From NCBI GenBank assembly GCA_002010215.1, contig MTMY01000004.1:1-64000 (forward strand): a DNA stretch of 64,000 nucleotides. Direction: 5' to 3'. Source of the DNA: Archaeoglobus sp. JdFR-37. GTDB taxonomy: Archaea > Halobacteriota > Archaeoglobi > Archaeoglobales > Archaeoglobaceae. Made by a program: the position numbers and the translations under genes. The notes under the pieces are model-generated. The model did not search any database and had not been told where the DNA came from. It saw nothing but the letters and a program-made list of their open reading frames with translations. This document shows positions 40,085-49,691 of the stretch, one piece after another; the stretch's first letter is position 1, and every line of letters starts with the position of its first letter.

Positions 40085-40665
40085 TGCCGAAGGAATTCAT
40101 CAAGCGATTTTTCATGAGTCTTGGGATAGTCTTCATGCTCGGCATTATGATAAGCAAGGAGTTCAGAGATCAGCTTGCTTTACTCCCTTCTCCAATTTTA
40201 GACCCCTTATACCAAGCCTTACCAATCCATCTTGTAATTTTCATATTGGCAGCCTTTACAGGTCTCTACAGCTCCCTTATCCAGAAATACACCATTGATT
40301 ACGCCAGACTCAAAGAAATCCAGAAAAAGGTAATGGAATTTCAGAAGGAGTACATGGATGCAGTAAAGAAAGACAACAAGTTCAAGCTAAAACAGCTTGA
40401 GAAAGAGCAGCCTGAAATCCAGAAAATGCAGAGTGAAATGATGAGTATGCAGTTCACACCAATGTTCTACACCGTCGTGGTAACCATACCCGTCTTCATG
40501 TGGCTTTACACCAAAACAAATCTCAATCCAGAAGTTGTGGTTCCCTTTCAGGGGCTTATACACATAGGCGAACCAGTACTCATTCTTCCCTGGTGGATTC
40601 TATGGTACCTGCTCTGCTCAATCGCTTGGGGGCAAGTTATTAGAAAAGCCCTTAAAATGGGCTGA
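40084..40665 (+). CDS. DUF106 (EMC3/TMCO1/Oxa1 superfamily) membrane insertase
   Basis: TM, coiled coil, F.PM..T....IP.F.W, W..WY.LCS; usual position after secY. Confidence 0.9.
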   Translation: MPKEFIKRFFMSLGIVFMLGIMISKEFRDQLALLPSPILDPLYQALPIHLVIFILAAFTGLYSSLIQKYTIDYARLKEIQKKVMEFQKEYMDAVKKDNKFKLKQLEKEQPEIQKMQSEMMSMQFTPMFYTVVVTIPVFMWLYTKTNLNPEVVVPFQGLIHIGEPVLILPWWILWYLLCSIAWGQVIRKALKMG

Positions 40666-40696
40666 AGGTGAAAAGGAAGGTGAAAGGGCGATACCC

Positions 40697-41221
40697 ATGA
40701 GAGTCACCATCTCAGGGCCTCCAGGGAGTGGTACCACTACGGTTGCAAAGCTTCTTGCAAGAAAGCTTAATTTTGAGCTAATTTCAGCCGGAGAAGTTTT
40801 CAGAAGAATGGCAAAGGAAAAAAAGATGAGTCTTGCAGAGTTCAGCAGACTAGCTGATACGAACCCAGAAATAGACCTTGAAATCGACCGCTACCAGAAA
40901 GAGCTTGCTGAGAAGAAAGATGATGTTGTGATAGAGGGGAGATTATCAGGCTGGATGGTTAATGCAGACCTCAAGGTATGGCTTTTTGCAAGTGAAGACA
41001 TCAGAGTTGAGAGAATCGCCAGAAGAGAGAAAAAGAGTATAGAAGAGGCTAAGAAGGAGACAAAAGAGAGGGAGAAGATAGAGAAGAGGAGATACGAGAA
41101 GTACTATGGAATCGACATCGATGACTGGACAATTTACCATCTAGTCATAAACTCTGGGTATTTCACTCCAGAGGAGATAGTGGAGATAATTATAAAAGCC
41201 ATAGAGGGGATAAGGGACTGA
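40697..41221 (+). CDS. cmk: cytidylate kinase
   Basis: ISGPPGSGTTT, SAGEVFR, EGRLSGW, RY..YYGID. Confidence 0.95.
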   Translation: MRVTISGPPGSGTTTVAKLLARKLNFELISAGEVFRRMAKEKKMSLAEFSRLADTNPEIDLEIDRYQKELAEKKDDVVIEGRLSGWMVNADLKVWLFASEDIRVERIARREKKSIEEAKKETKEREKIEKRRYEKYYGIDIDDWTIYHLVINSGYFTPEEIVEIIIKAIEGIRD

Positions 41222-41222
41222 G

Positions 41223-42272
41223 ATGGCCTTTGAAGAACCTATTGCTGAACCAAGAAATGAATTCAGAAACAGATTCAGAAGTGAATTCAGAAAACTGGAG
41301 GGTTTCGAGGAAAGATTCTATGTTAAGGAGGACGCAAGGACGGACGAAGAACACGGATGCTACCCCCTTAACCGTCCCATGGAGGAATACATCAGAAAAG
41401 GATTCGTGTGCATCGATAAGCCCATGGGACCTAGCAGTCACGAAGTAGTGGTCTGGGTTAGGAGAATCCTAGAAGTGGAGAAAACCGGTCACACCGGCAC
41501 CCTTGATCCAAGAGTTACCGGAGTACTGCCAATAATGATTGAAGATGCCACAAAGCTCGTTAAGCTGCTTCAGGGTTCTGACAAGGAGTACATCACACTG
41601 ATGAGACTTCACGGAGATGTCAGTGAAGATGAGGTGGAGAGGGTTGCAAGGCTTTTCACTGGTAAAATCTACCAGAGACCTCCCCTCAAGTCGGCAGTTA
41701 AGAAAAGATTGAGGGTGAGAGAGATAAAAGAAATAGAAATCATTGAGGTTGATGGCAGAGATGTGCTCTTCCGAGTTGTTACTGAGGCGGGGACATACAT
41801 AAGAAAGCTCTGCACTGACATGGGAGAAGTTCTGGGAGTTGGAGCACATATGCAGGAGTTGCGAAGGACGAAGACAGGTATTTTCGACGAATCCATGTGC
41901 TACACTTTACAAGACCTTCTCGATGCATACATTTTCTGGAAAGAGGATGAAGAGGAGAAATACCTCAGGCAGATCATCCAGCCTATGGAAGTAGCTGTAA
42001 CAGACATACCAAAGATCGTGATAAAGGATACGGCTGTGGATGCAATATGTCACGGGGCAAGTCTCACGGCTAAAGGTATTGCTTATATCGAGAAAAGTGT
42101 GAAGAGAGATGATATTGTTGCCCTGTTCACTCTGAAGCAGGAACTTGTTGGAATGGCGAAAGCAAAGCTGGATGCTGAGGATATGCTAAAAGTAAGGAGC
42201 GGTGTTGTTGCTGAGATTGAGCGAGTAGTGATGGCCAGAGGAGTTTATCCGTCTTACTGGAAAAAGAAGTAA
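41223..42272 (+). CDS. cbf5: H/ACA RNP pseudouridine synthase Cbf5
   Basis: DKPMGPSSHEV, GHTGTLDP, QRPP..SAVK, GTYIRKLC; C-terminal PUA domain. Confidence 0.96.
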   Translation: MAFEEPIAEPRNEFRNRFRSEFRKLEGFEERFYVKEDARTDEEHGCYPLNRPMEEYIRKGFVCIDKPMGPSSHEVVVWVRRILEVEKTGHTGTLDPRVTGVLPIMIEDATKLVKLLQGSDKEYITLMRLHGDVSEDEVERVARLFTGKIYQRPPLKSAVKKRLRVREIKEIEIIEVDGRDVLFRVVTEAGTYIRKLCTDMGEVLGVGAHMQELRRTKTGIFDESMCYTLQDLLDAYIFWKEDEEEKYLRQIIQPMEVAVTDIPKIVIKDTAVDAICHGASLTAKGIAYIEKSVKRDDIVALFTLKQELVGMAKAKLDAEDMLKVRSGVVAEIERVVMARGVYPSYWKKK

Positions 42273-42344
42273 ATTGTTGGGGAGTGTTATTGTATTATTT
42301 TAACTGCTATTGCCGTAATTGTAACTGCTTTAATCAACCCGCAA

Positions 42345-43064
42345 TTACTCCAACACAGTTTTTCTGATGCCGTGTGGGTCTATTTTCTCAATGAGTTCAA
42401 TCTCCTCGTCGCTTGGCTCTGGAGTCGGTGGAGCGTCGTTAACTTCAAATCCCGTGTTCTCCTTCACCTCTTCAAAGCTGGACCAGGGATGTATGCTGTC
42501 AACCACAAGCCTTCCAAGATCATCATCGAACCTGAATATGCATAGTGGAGAAAAGACCCTGTAGGGCTTTCCTGCTGCAGTTATCCGCTGAACCTCTTTT
42601 ACGAAGATTCTCGTGTCATGCTTGCCCTGCCAGACTATTGGCCTTCTGGCTGTTGCGTGAAGCAGAGCTCCACCAGCCCCTCCGGGAAGCTGGATTCTTC
42701 TCTCACCTATATAGATGTGGCTGTTGTTAAGGTAGCCCCGCTGGTCTATCTGTGCTCCCGCCAGAAACACAACGTCAAGCTCCCCCCTTGCAGAGATGTC
42801 GAAGAGTTCCGCAAGCTGCAGCTTGGCATCGCAGTACTTGGATATCCATGGATGTACAGTAGACATGGGCAGATGCTTGGGATTGGGGTTATATCCGACT
42901 ATGGAGTACCATATCAGGTCGGGGTTATAGAGTCTTTTCGCCAGAATGATTGCCATGAAGGGCAGAAAGCTGGCAACACCCATGAAAGCGCTCTCAGCAT
43001 CTTTCAGAAGCCTAGCCATTGAGGAAATCATGTAGTTTGCTTTGTCGAGCAGAGTAACAGTCAC
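42345..43064 (-). CDS. class I CoA-transferase-fold beta subunit (GctB/AibB-like), catalytic Glu apparently absent
   Basis: GVAS, F.AGAQID..G..N, LPGGAGG, HPW...V.ENTGF, IDPHG.R; PDLIWYSIVG where GctB-type subunits have the Glu-bearing xESG motif. Confidence 0.8.
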   Translation of the reverse strand: MTVTLLDKANYMISSMARLLKDAESAFMGVASFLPFMAIILAKRLYNPDLIWYSIVGYNPNPKHLPMSTVHPWISKYCDAKLQLAELFDISARGELDVVFLAGAQIDQRGYLNNSHIYIGERRIQLPGGAGGALLHATARRPIVWQGKHDTRIFVKEVQRITAAGKPYRVFSPLCIFRFDDDLGRLVVDSIHPWSSFEEVKENTGFEVNDAPPTPEPSDEEIELIEKIDPHGIRKTVLE

Positions 43065-43855
43065 GGTTTCACCTCCCAGATGTGCTTTCTCAATCCATCC
43101 TCATCTAAACTCGCATATTTCTCCATCATTTCGAAGTCCATTTCGTAGTAGGGCGGGCATGCTCCCGGATATGCTCCTTTCGGCACCTCTACCACTGCCC
43201 TCACTTTATAGCTGGGAATCCATACCGCATCTATGTCTCTTCTAAGGTCCTCTTTTGGCACAATCATTTCAGTCGTAATTATGATGTTCTCTGCAGCTCT
43301 AGCCATGAGCACATCCTCAAACCAAGGGCCATATATGAGGGCGTTTCCATCCTCGTCAGCTTTCTGGACGTGAATGATGGCAAATTCTGGCTTGATTGCT
43401 GGCACAGTAAGAACCTTTCCACCGCCATACGGGTTTTCAACGAATTTGAAGCCCCTCTCCTTCACAAAATAGCTCTTGCTTATGTCAGCGATGGGCATAA
43501 AAGGTACGCCATAGGCTGCAGCTCTGAGAGCCGCTATTACTGAGTAGCAGGTGTTCTCGGAGTACTTCACCCTTCCCTCCTCAACAGCCCTTCTGAAGTT
43601 CTTAGCAAGTCCAAAAGCTTCGAAAGATACGAAACCTGCAATTATCTCCTTGGCACAGCCCAATCCACATAGCAAGTCAACATCGTATCCACCGGCTGTC
43701 TTCATCACTCTCAGATCCCTCTTCCCCTGTCTTGCAAGCTCTCTTACGAAGGCTGCGGGAATCCTATAGAGCAAATTGCCACTAAGACAAATGAGAGAAC
43801 CGTTCTCGATAAGATCTACGGCTTCTTCAAGAGACATAACAGACATATTTTTCAT
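43061..43855 (-). CDS. class I CoA-transferase-fold alpha subunit (GctA/AibA-like)
   Basis: SLEEAV, R.P.A.VREL.RQG...L, LRAAAYGVPFMP, HVQKADEDGN, GAYP..C. Confidence 0.88.
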   Translation of the reverse strand: MKNMSVMSLEEAVDLIENGSLICLSGNLLYRIPAAFVRELARQGKRDLRVMKTAGGYDVDLLCGLGCAKEIIAGFVSFEAFGLAKNFRRAVEEGRVKYSENTCYSVIAALRAAAYGVPFMPIADISKSYFVKERGFKFVENPYGGGKVLTVPAIKPEFAIIHVQKADEDGNALIYGPWFEDVLMARAAENIIITTEMIVPKEDLRRDIDAVWIPSYKVRAVVEVPKGAYPGACPPYYEMDFEMMEKYASLDEDGLRKHIWEVKP

Positions 43856-44037
43856 TGATGGTTTGTAATATTTAAATGTTCACAATATGCAATATCTTCG
43901 GGATCGTTTCACTGAGATGACCGGCACCATTGGGCTGAGTTTTTCCTAGAAGAGCAAAAAAGCTGGAAAAGCTCAAAGTCTTTTAAAAGAAAACTATAAA
44001 TATTTCCCTAAGTTATCTGTTTTCGACGGTGATGGCA

Positions 44038-44775
44038 ATGATCGATGCAATAGTTGAAGGAGATGTCCTAAAAGCAGTTACGAAAGCCATGGTAGCTTTG
44101 GTCAGCGAAGCCCGCTTTCATTTCAAAGATGACACTCTCCACAGCAGAGCTGTTGACCCGGCAAATGTAGCTATGGTAATAGTGAACGTGCCAAGGGACA
44201 GCTTCGAGGTTTACAAGGTAGATGAGGAGAAGATCGTGGGTGTAGATGTTAATAGAATTTACGATATCTCCAAATCCATAAAGAAGGGTGAGCTGGTTGA
44301 GCTCATTCTAGAAAATGAGACCACGCTGAAAGTGAAATTCGGGAGTGTTGAGTACTCTGTTGCATTGATAGACCCATCAGCCATAAGAAAAGAACCCAAG
44401 ATACCAAATCTGGAGCTTCCAGCAAAGATTGTGCTTGACGCAGGCGAATTCAGGAAAGCCATTTCTGCTGCTGACAAGATAAGTGACCACGTGATATTCA
44501 GGAGTGATGAAACAGGCTTTTACATCGAAGCTGAGGGAGATGTTGACCGCATAACATTCCATATGAGCGACGCAGAACTCATAGAATTTAACAGGGCTGA
44601 AGCAAAGAGCATGTTCAGCGTTGAGTACCTGAAGGAGTTCATGAAAGTGGCTGGCACCGGAGACATCCTCACGATTTACCTAGGCAACAATTACCCAGTA
44701 AGGCTGATCTTCGACGTGGCAGACGGCAAGGCGAAGGTGGAGTACATACTGGCTCCCAGAATAGAGGCTGAATGA
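44038..44775 (+). CDS. pcn: DNA polymerase sliding clamp (PCNA)
   Basis: RAVDPANVAMV, LIDPSAIRKEP.IP, SMFS.EYL, LAPRIE. Confidence 0.97.
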   Translation: MIDAIVEGDVLKAVTKAMVALVSEARFHFKDDTLHSRAVDPANVAMVIVNVPRDSFEVYKVDEEKIVGVDVNRIYDISKSIKKGELVELILENETTLKVKFGSVEYSVALIDPSAIRKEPKIPNLELPAKIVLDAGEFRKAISAADKISDHVIFRSDETGFYIEAEGDVDRITFHMSDAELIEFNRAEAKSMFSVEYLKEFMKVAGTGDILTIYLGNNYPVRLIFDVADGKAKVEYILAPRIEAE

Positions 44776-44812
44776 AGTTGAATAGAATTGATGAAATTGA
44801 CGAATAGGGTTA

Positions 44813-46027
44813 ATGAAATCCTCTAAACCTCTGAAACCTCTTTTACCCCTTCTACCATATTTATCTCGCTTTCCCTTTCTTAAAGTTTCAGGGAGGCTCT
44901 TTGAGTTAGAATATGGAAGTATCGAGAATTTTCTCACTTCTCAAAAAAGTTTTGATGTTGAGGCAAGGCAACTCGGCTTCAAAATTGTGGAAAGCGTCCT
45001 GAAAGATGAGAAATTCCCAAGTGATGCAATCAAACAGATTGAACTGAGCTTTTTCTGTGAAGTGTGTGAAACGAGGGGGTGCAGGGAGGCATGCAAAAAA
45101 GGAGCCATGAGTTTCAGCTGGAATTACATGCTGTGCGACATGTGCGGAGAGTGCTTTCTCAGATGTGATTACAGCGTTTCAGATGAACTCTATTTCAGAC
45201 TCAAAACCATTGCAAAGCTCAATGTGGCCGCATACCTTTACTCCCGAATTTTGGTTTCGTTGATGGACGAAAGAGCCAGGAGGAGATATGCTGTCAGAGA
45301 AGCCAGAAGATACCGAGAGATTATGGATGAGAGCGATGCAACCCTCATGATTTTTGCCTCAGATTTTGGTCTAAAAGCGAAAATTGAAGAGAACGTTAAC
45401 CTGCACGTATCTGACTACCTCAAAGCGGCTTGCAGAATAAGGAGCAAAGAGTGGAAACTCGTCAACAGAAAGCTGAAAAAGGGATATGTAGAACTGACAA
45501 GAAAGGATTTTCTGAGGATTGTGGAGGAGCTTCTCCGCACCAGACTTGCGGAAAGAGTGATGATAACTCCTACCATAACTCCAACCCCTGAAATCAACCG
45601 GAATCTTGCAGAGCTGATCCCCATCAGCGAAGCCAGATTTGTAGAGATTGAGTTGGGTGAATTCGATGCAGAATGCCTGCCACCTTGCATGAAGAAAATT
45701 CTCTCCGATTTGCAGGCAGGTCTGAATGTTCCACACTCTGCAAGATTTGCTATAACTTCATTCCTTCTGAATATCGGACTAAGTGTGGATGAGGTAATAT
45801 CCCTTTTCAGCTCCGCCCCCGACTTTGATGTGGAAAAGACAAGATATCAGGTGGAGCACATTGCCGGGGCAAGGGGAACGGAGTACACGGCCCCGGCATG
45901 CGATACAATGCTGAGCTACCACAACTGCTATAGAAATGATAGCTGTAGGGGGATAAACCACCCCGTAAACTACTACAGGAGATGCAAGAAGGCAAGTAAG
46001 ACAAGTAAGGGGAATAAAAAGAGATAA
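44813..46027 (+). CDS. priL: DNA primase large subunit PriL with internal Cys-rich insertion
   Basis: YLSRFPF, WKLVNR.L.KGYV, PPCM, H.ARF, PDFD..KTRYQVEHI.G, Y..P.C, C...HP..YY. Confidence 0.93.
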   Translation: MKSSKPLKPLLPLLPYLSRFPFLKVSGRLFELEYGSIENFLTSQKSFDVEARQLGFKIVESVLKDEKFPSDAIKQIELSFFCEVCETRGCREACKKGAMSFSWNYMLCDMCGECFLRCDYSVSDELYFRLKTIAKLNVAAYLYSRILVSLMDERARRRYAVREARRYREIMDESDATLMIFASDFGLKAKIEENVNLHVSDYLKAACRIRSKEWKLVNRKLKKGYVELTRKDFLRIVEELLRTRLAERVMITPTITPTPEINRNLAELIPISEARFVEIELGEFDAECLPPCMKKILSDLQAGLNVPHSARFAITSFLLNIGLSVDEVISLFSSAPDFDVEKTRYQVEHIAGARGTEYTAPACDTMLSYHNCYRNDSCRGINHPVNYYRRCKKASKTSKGNKKR

Positions 46028-46041
46028 AGGGAGGAAAGAGT

Positions 46042-47073
46042 ATGAGAGTTCTGGAAGAGAGGCTGAAAGACAATGAAGGCGAGATAAAACTAGTGCCAGA
46101 AAATCTGGAGGATCTCTGGCATTTGAAATATATAATCGAGCCGAACGACATCGTTTTTGCTCTGACAAAGAGGATCAGTGAGAGCAGTGACAAGCTGAGG
46201 AGTGATAAGGAGAAGGTGACTGTGAGACTCGGGATTAGGGTCGAAAAAGTTGAATTTCACCGCTTTGCTAACAGGCTTCGGATTACAGGAGTTATCGTCG
46301 CTGGAGTTGAGGACTCTGGATATCACACCATCAACATTACCGTGGGGAAGGAGCTAAGTATCATAAAAAAGTGGAAGGAGGAGCAGCTTCGCCGCATAAA
46401 GGAGGCTGAGGATGCTGCAAGAAGGGCAGAGATCGTCATAGTAACCATTGAAGAGGGAGAAGCCAGCATTGGTGTCGTCAGACAGTGGGGTGTGGAGGAG
46501 GTAGAAGTTATCAGACAGAGCTATGGCAAGGATAAAGGCAGCTACAGGCGGGAGTTTTTTGGCGATGTTGCATCGGCCATTGCAAGAATGGATTTCAGAT
46601 ATCTAGTTGTTGCAGGCCCCGGGTTTGCAAAAGAGGACTTCATGAGATTTTTGAAGGAGAAGAATCCGGAGATGGCGGAGAAAGCAATAGTGGTCGATAC
46701 TTCCAGCATAGGAACCAGAGGATTCATTGAGGTGCTCAAAAGGGGTGTGCTGAATAGAATAGCGGGGGAGCTGAGAATTGCTGAAGAGGCCAAGTATCTG
46801 GATGTGCTGCTGGAAAGAATTGCAAAGGGAAGTGGTGTGGCGTATGGGCTTGAAGAGGTCAGGGAGGCTGTAAGCTATTCGGCTGTCGAAACCCTCCTAG
46901 TTGCCGACGAGTTTCTGAGAGAGGAAAGGGAGAAATGGGACATAGACTCCCTTATGAGAGAAGTTGAGAGGGGAGGAGGGAAAGTTGTTATCATGAGTAC
47001 AGAATTCGAGCCCGGTAAAAGGTTGATGAGTTTAGGCGGTATAGCAGCACTGCTGAGGTTTGATTATAAGTAG
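46042..47073 (+). CDS. pelA: pelota (aPelota/Dom34) ribosome-rescue factor
   Basis: PENLEDLWHL, RLRITG, YHT, AGPGF.K, LGGIAALLRF. Confidence 0.96.
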   Translation: MRVLEERLKDNEGEIKLVPENLEDLWHLKYIIEPNDIVFALTKRISESSDKLRSDKEKVTVRLGIRVEKVEFHRFANRLRITGVIVAGVEDSGYHTINITVGKELSIIKKWKEEQLRRIKEAEDAARRAEIVIVTIEEGEASIGVVRQWGVEEVEVIRQSYGKDKGSYRREFFGDVASAIARMDFRYLVVAGPGFAKEDFMRFLKEKNPEMAEKAIVVDTSSIGTRGFIEVLKRGVLNRIAGELRIAEEAKYLDVLLERIAKGSGVAYGLEEVREAVSYSAVETLLVADEFLREEREKWDIDSLMREVERGGGKVVIMSTEFEPGKRLMSLGGIAALLRFDYK

Positions 47074-47112
47074 GGTTTTACTATTAACGTCAGCATGTAC
47101 CATTAATACCAT

Positions 47113-47799
47113 TTACTTCCTAAGCACCTTTACCCCCTCACTATACCCAACAATAACCGCATCCACCATCTCTGAGAGGAAAATCCCGTGCTCTATTAAA
47201 CCCGGAATGCTGTTCAGTTTCCAAACAAGCTCGGTGTCAATACTCTCAAAGCTGCAGTCTGCAATGAAGTTCCCATTGTCAGAAATCACCGGCTTTAATT
47301 TCCCTGTACCTTCTCTGAGCATGCACATGCCACCAAGTTCTGCAATCCTCCTTTTCACATATCCAAAGGCAAAAGGCAGGATTTCAACCGGAACGGGCAT
47401 GGAAAGTTTTTCCACAATTTTAGAGGAATTAACTATCACATAAAACTCCTTGCTGGCAGATGCGACTATCTTCTCTCTAGTAAGAGCTGCACCACCACCT
47501 TTTATGAGGTTAAAATCTCTATCTACCTGATCTGCACCATCAACGCATATATCGGGTTCATCAACCTGAAAGAGGTCTGTAACAATCAGACCATTCTGAA
47601 CAGCCAGAATGTGACTCTGATAGGAGCTTGGAATGACATATAACTCAATTCCTTCCTCAGTCACTCTCTTTCCCAGCTCTTTCACAAAGAGTTCAACAGT
47701 GGAACCGCTGCCCAGTCCGATAGTCATTCCGTCATTTATGAGCTCCACTGCTTTTCTGGCAGCATTAATCTTCTCTATTTTCTCCACCTGGCTCACCAA
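47113..47799 (-). CDS. rpiA: ribose-5-phosphate isomerase A
   Basis: GLGSGST, DGADQVD, IKGGGAALTREK, SDNGN. Confidence 0.97.
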   Translation of the reverse strand: MVSQVEKIEKINAARKAVELINDGMTIGLGSGSTVELFVKELGKRVTEEGIELYVIPSSYQSHILAVQNGLIVTDLFQVDEPDICVDGADQVDRDFNLIKGGGAALTREKIVASASKEFYVIVNSSKIVEKLSMPVPVEILPFAFGYVKRRIAELGGMCMLREGTGKLKPVISDNGNFIADCSFESIDTELVWKLNSIPGLIEHGIFLSEMVDAVIVGYSEGVKVLRK

Positions 47800-48574
47800 A
47801 CCACCTCCTCAAAGCAGAGAAGTCCACCCTAGCTGTGCAGTCCAGAGTGAGGGGAGTTATGGAGATCCTGCCTCTCCGCAGAGCATGCAGATCTGTTCCC
47901 TCCTCTGCATCTTCCATCTCAAGTCCATCAATCCAGTAGTATTTCCGGCCACGCGGATCAAATCTCATGTCGATTCGTGTTGAATAAAGACGCCTTGTAA
48001 GACGGGTGAATTCAATCTCCCCATTCCACTTAGCTGGCACATTAACATTAAATACATCAACCCCTTCAGGCATCCCGTCCTTTAGTATGCGGAAGGCCAG
48101 CATTTTCAGAACCTCTTTGGCATCTTCAAAGTTGAAAGGCTGGAAGAAAAGCTCGAATTTGTGGCTGTCCTGCATCTCAAGGCTTATTGCAATTGCTGGA
48201 CTGCCCTGAGTAGCAGCTTCCAGAGCAGCTCCCACTGTCCCGCTGGTTGTAACTGCTTCTGAGGACAAATTTTCACCCAGATTGATGCCCGAAACCACCA
48301 AGTCAGGCATTTCTCCCACAATCTCATGAATTCCGATTATCACTGCATCTGTAGGAGTGCCATCAACCGCATAAACCTTCATGCCGTTAACATTAACCTC
48401 GCTAACCCTTATGGGTTCCATGATAGATATACTCCTCCCAACACCACTTTTCTGAACAGCAGGAGCAACTATAAATACCTCTCCAAGCTCTCTCAGAGCT
48501 TCATAACTGGCTTTCAGGCCAGAGGAGTACAATCCATCGTCGTTGGTGATTAGGATTTTAGGTGCTGCTGGCAT
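47765..48574 (-). CDS. surE: 5'/3'-nucleotidase SurE
   Basis: ILITNDDG, GTPTD, SGINLGEN, SGTVGAA.EA, ISITPL; ATG at 48574 preferred as start. Confidence 0.96.
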   Translation of the reverse strand: MPAAPKILITNDDGLYSSGLKASYEALRELGEVFIVAPAVQKSGVGRSISIMEPIRVSEVNVNGMKVYAVDGTPTDAVIIGIHEIVGEMPDLVVSGINLGENLSSEAVTTSGTVGAALEAATQGSPAIAISLEMQDSHKFELFFQPFNFEDAKEVLKMLAFRILKDGMPEGVDVFNVNVPAKWNGEIEFTRLTRRLYSTRIDMRFDPRGRKYYWIDGLEMEDAEEGTDLHALRRGRISITPLTLDCTARVDFSALRRWFGEPGGENRED

Positions 48575-48707
48575 TGAGACAGCATCAACACCAATGCTAA
48601 AAAACTTTGCATAATTCGAAGCATAAAGTGTATCATTCAGTAAATCTTCCCACCAATACCTCACCTATACCAAACCTTATATCCAGTCTTGACTCAACTA
48701 TTAACTG

Positions 48708-49691
48708 ATGTTCAGAAAGGAAGTTGAGGAAAGCATGATTCTCTACCCAGATGGGAAAATGGAGAAGGCAAGGGTCGAAATACGCTACGACCCTCTAACA
48801 CTCCAGACATCAAGAATAGTCCAGAAGACTCCACCCTTCGCCGAGCTTGAAGAGGGCGAAGACCCCTTCTGCCCGTTCTGCGATGGTGTTATCGAGAAGG
48901 TTGCTGCCAGAAGTCCTGTTCTCAGGGATGGGATTGCGTGGAGAGGTGAAGCGGCGATTTTCTCAAACATCACCCCTTACTCCAGATACTCATTTGTGGT
49001 AAGGCTTACAAGAAGCCACTCTCCAGCCGTCGAGGATTTCAGGACTTCGCATTTCAGAGATGCACTGATGCTGATAAAAGAGACCATGAGTTTGATTGAT
49101 TGCGAAGATTCTCACAAATACTACCACTTCGCCGGCATAAATTACCTGAAATCCGCTGGTGGAAGTGTCAGACATCCTCACATGCAGTATATAGCGTCCC
49201 AAATCCCCACAAACTACTTTTTGAGGCTTGATGAAAAGGCAAGAGAATTTTATGAAAAGGCTGGTGTTGACTACTGGACATGGCTTGTTGAAGCGGAGAA
49301 AGAGGGAGAAAGATACGTTGGTGAAACTAATGGCGTAGACTGGGTTGCAGCTTTCGCACCCAAGGGCTTCTACCACCTAATCGGTGTCTGCAGTGAAAGA
49401 ACTCTTGCTGAGATGAAAAAAGAAAGTTTGGAAGGAATAGGACAGGGAATAATCAGATACATGAGTTTTCTAAAATCCAAAAGCATGAACGCCTACAACG
49501 CATCCATCTTCTTTGCAGATGGGAGGGGGGAGCACTTTAGAACCCACATCCATCTAGTCGCCAGAACCCCCATGTCCAGATTCTACTGGAACGACACCTT
49601 CTTCATGAAGATTATACACGATGAGAGTATAGTTTACACCCTCCCGGAAGCTTTCGCTGCTGAATTCAGGGGGTTCTGGGATGGAGGCTAG
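48708..49691 (+). CDS. GalT-like (HIT superfamily) nucleotidyltransferase
   Basis: EIRYDPLT, CPFC, NY...AGGS..HPHMQ (HxHxQ). Confidence 0.85.
   Translation: MFRKEVEESMILYPDGKMEKARVEIRYDPLTLQTSRIVQKTPPFAELEEGEDPFCPFCDGVIEKVAARSPVLRDGIAWRGEAAIFSNITPYSRYSFVVRLTRSHSPAVEDFRTSHFRDALMLIKETMSLIDCEDSHKYYHFAGINYLKSAGGSVRHPHMQYIASQIPTNYFLRLDEKAREFYEKAGVDYWTWLVEAEKEGERYVGETNGVDWVAAFAPKGFYHLIGVCSERTLAEMKKESLEGIGQGIIRYMSFLKSKSMNAYNASIFFADGRGEHFRTHIHLVARTPMSRFYWNDTFFMKIIHDESIVYTLPEAFAAEFRGFWDGG

Noticed and set aside
31592..41221. Absence of SUI1, adk, L34e and L14e from the ribosomal operon
   Set aside because: Operon content varies among euryarchaeal lineages; the genes may be elsewhere or lost lineage-wide
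43880..43940. Possible C/D box sRNA (CTGA-GATGA...CTGA)
   Set aside because: No convincing 5' C box (RUGAUGA) and no target complementarity could be established by eye
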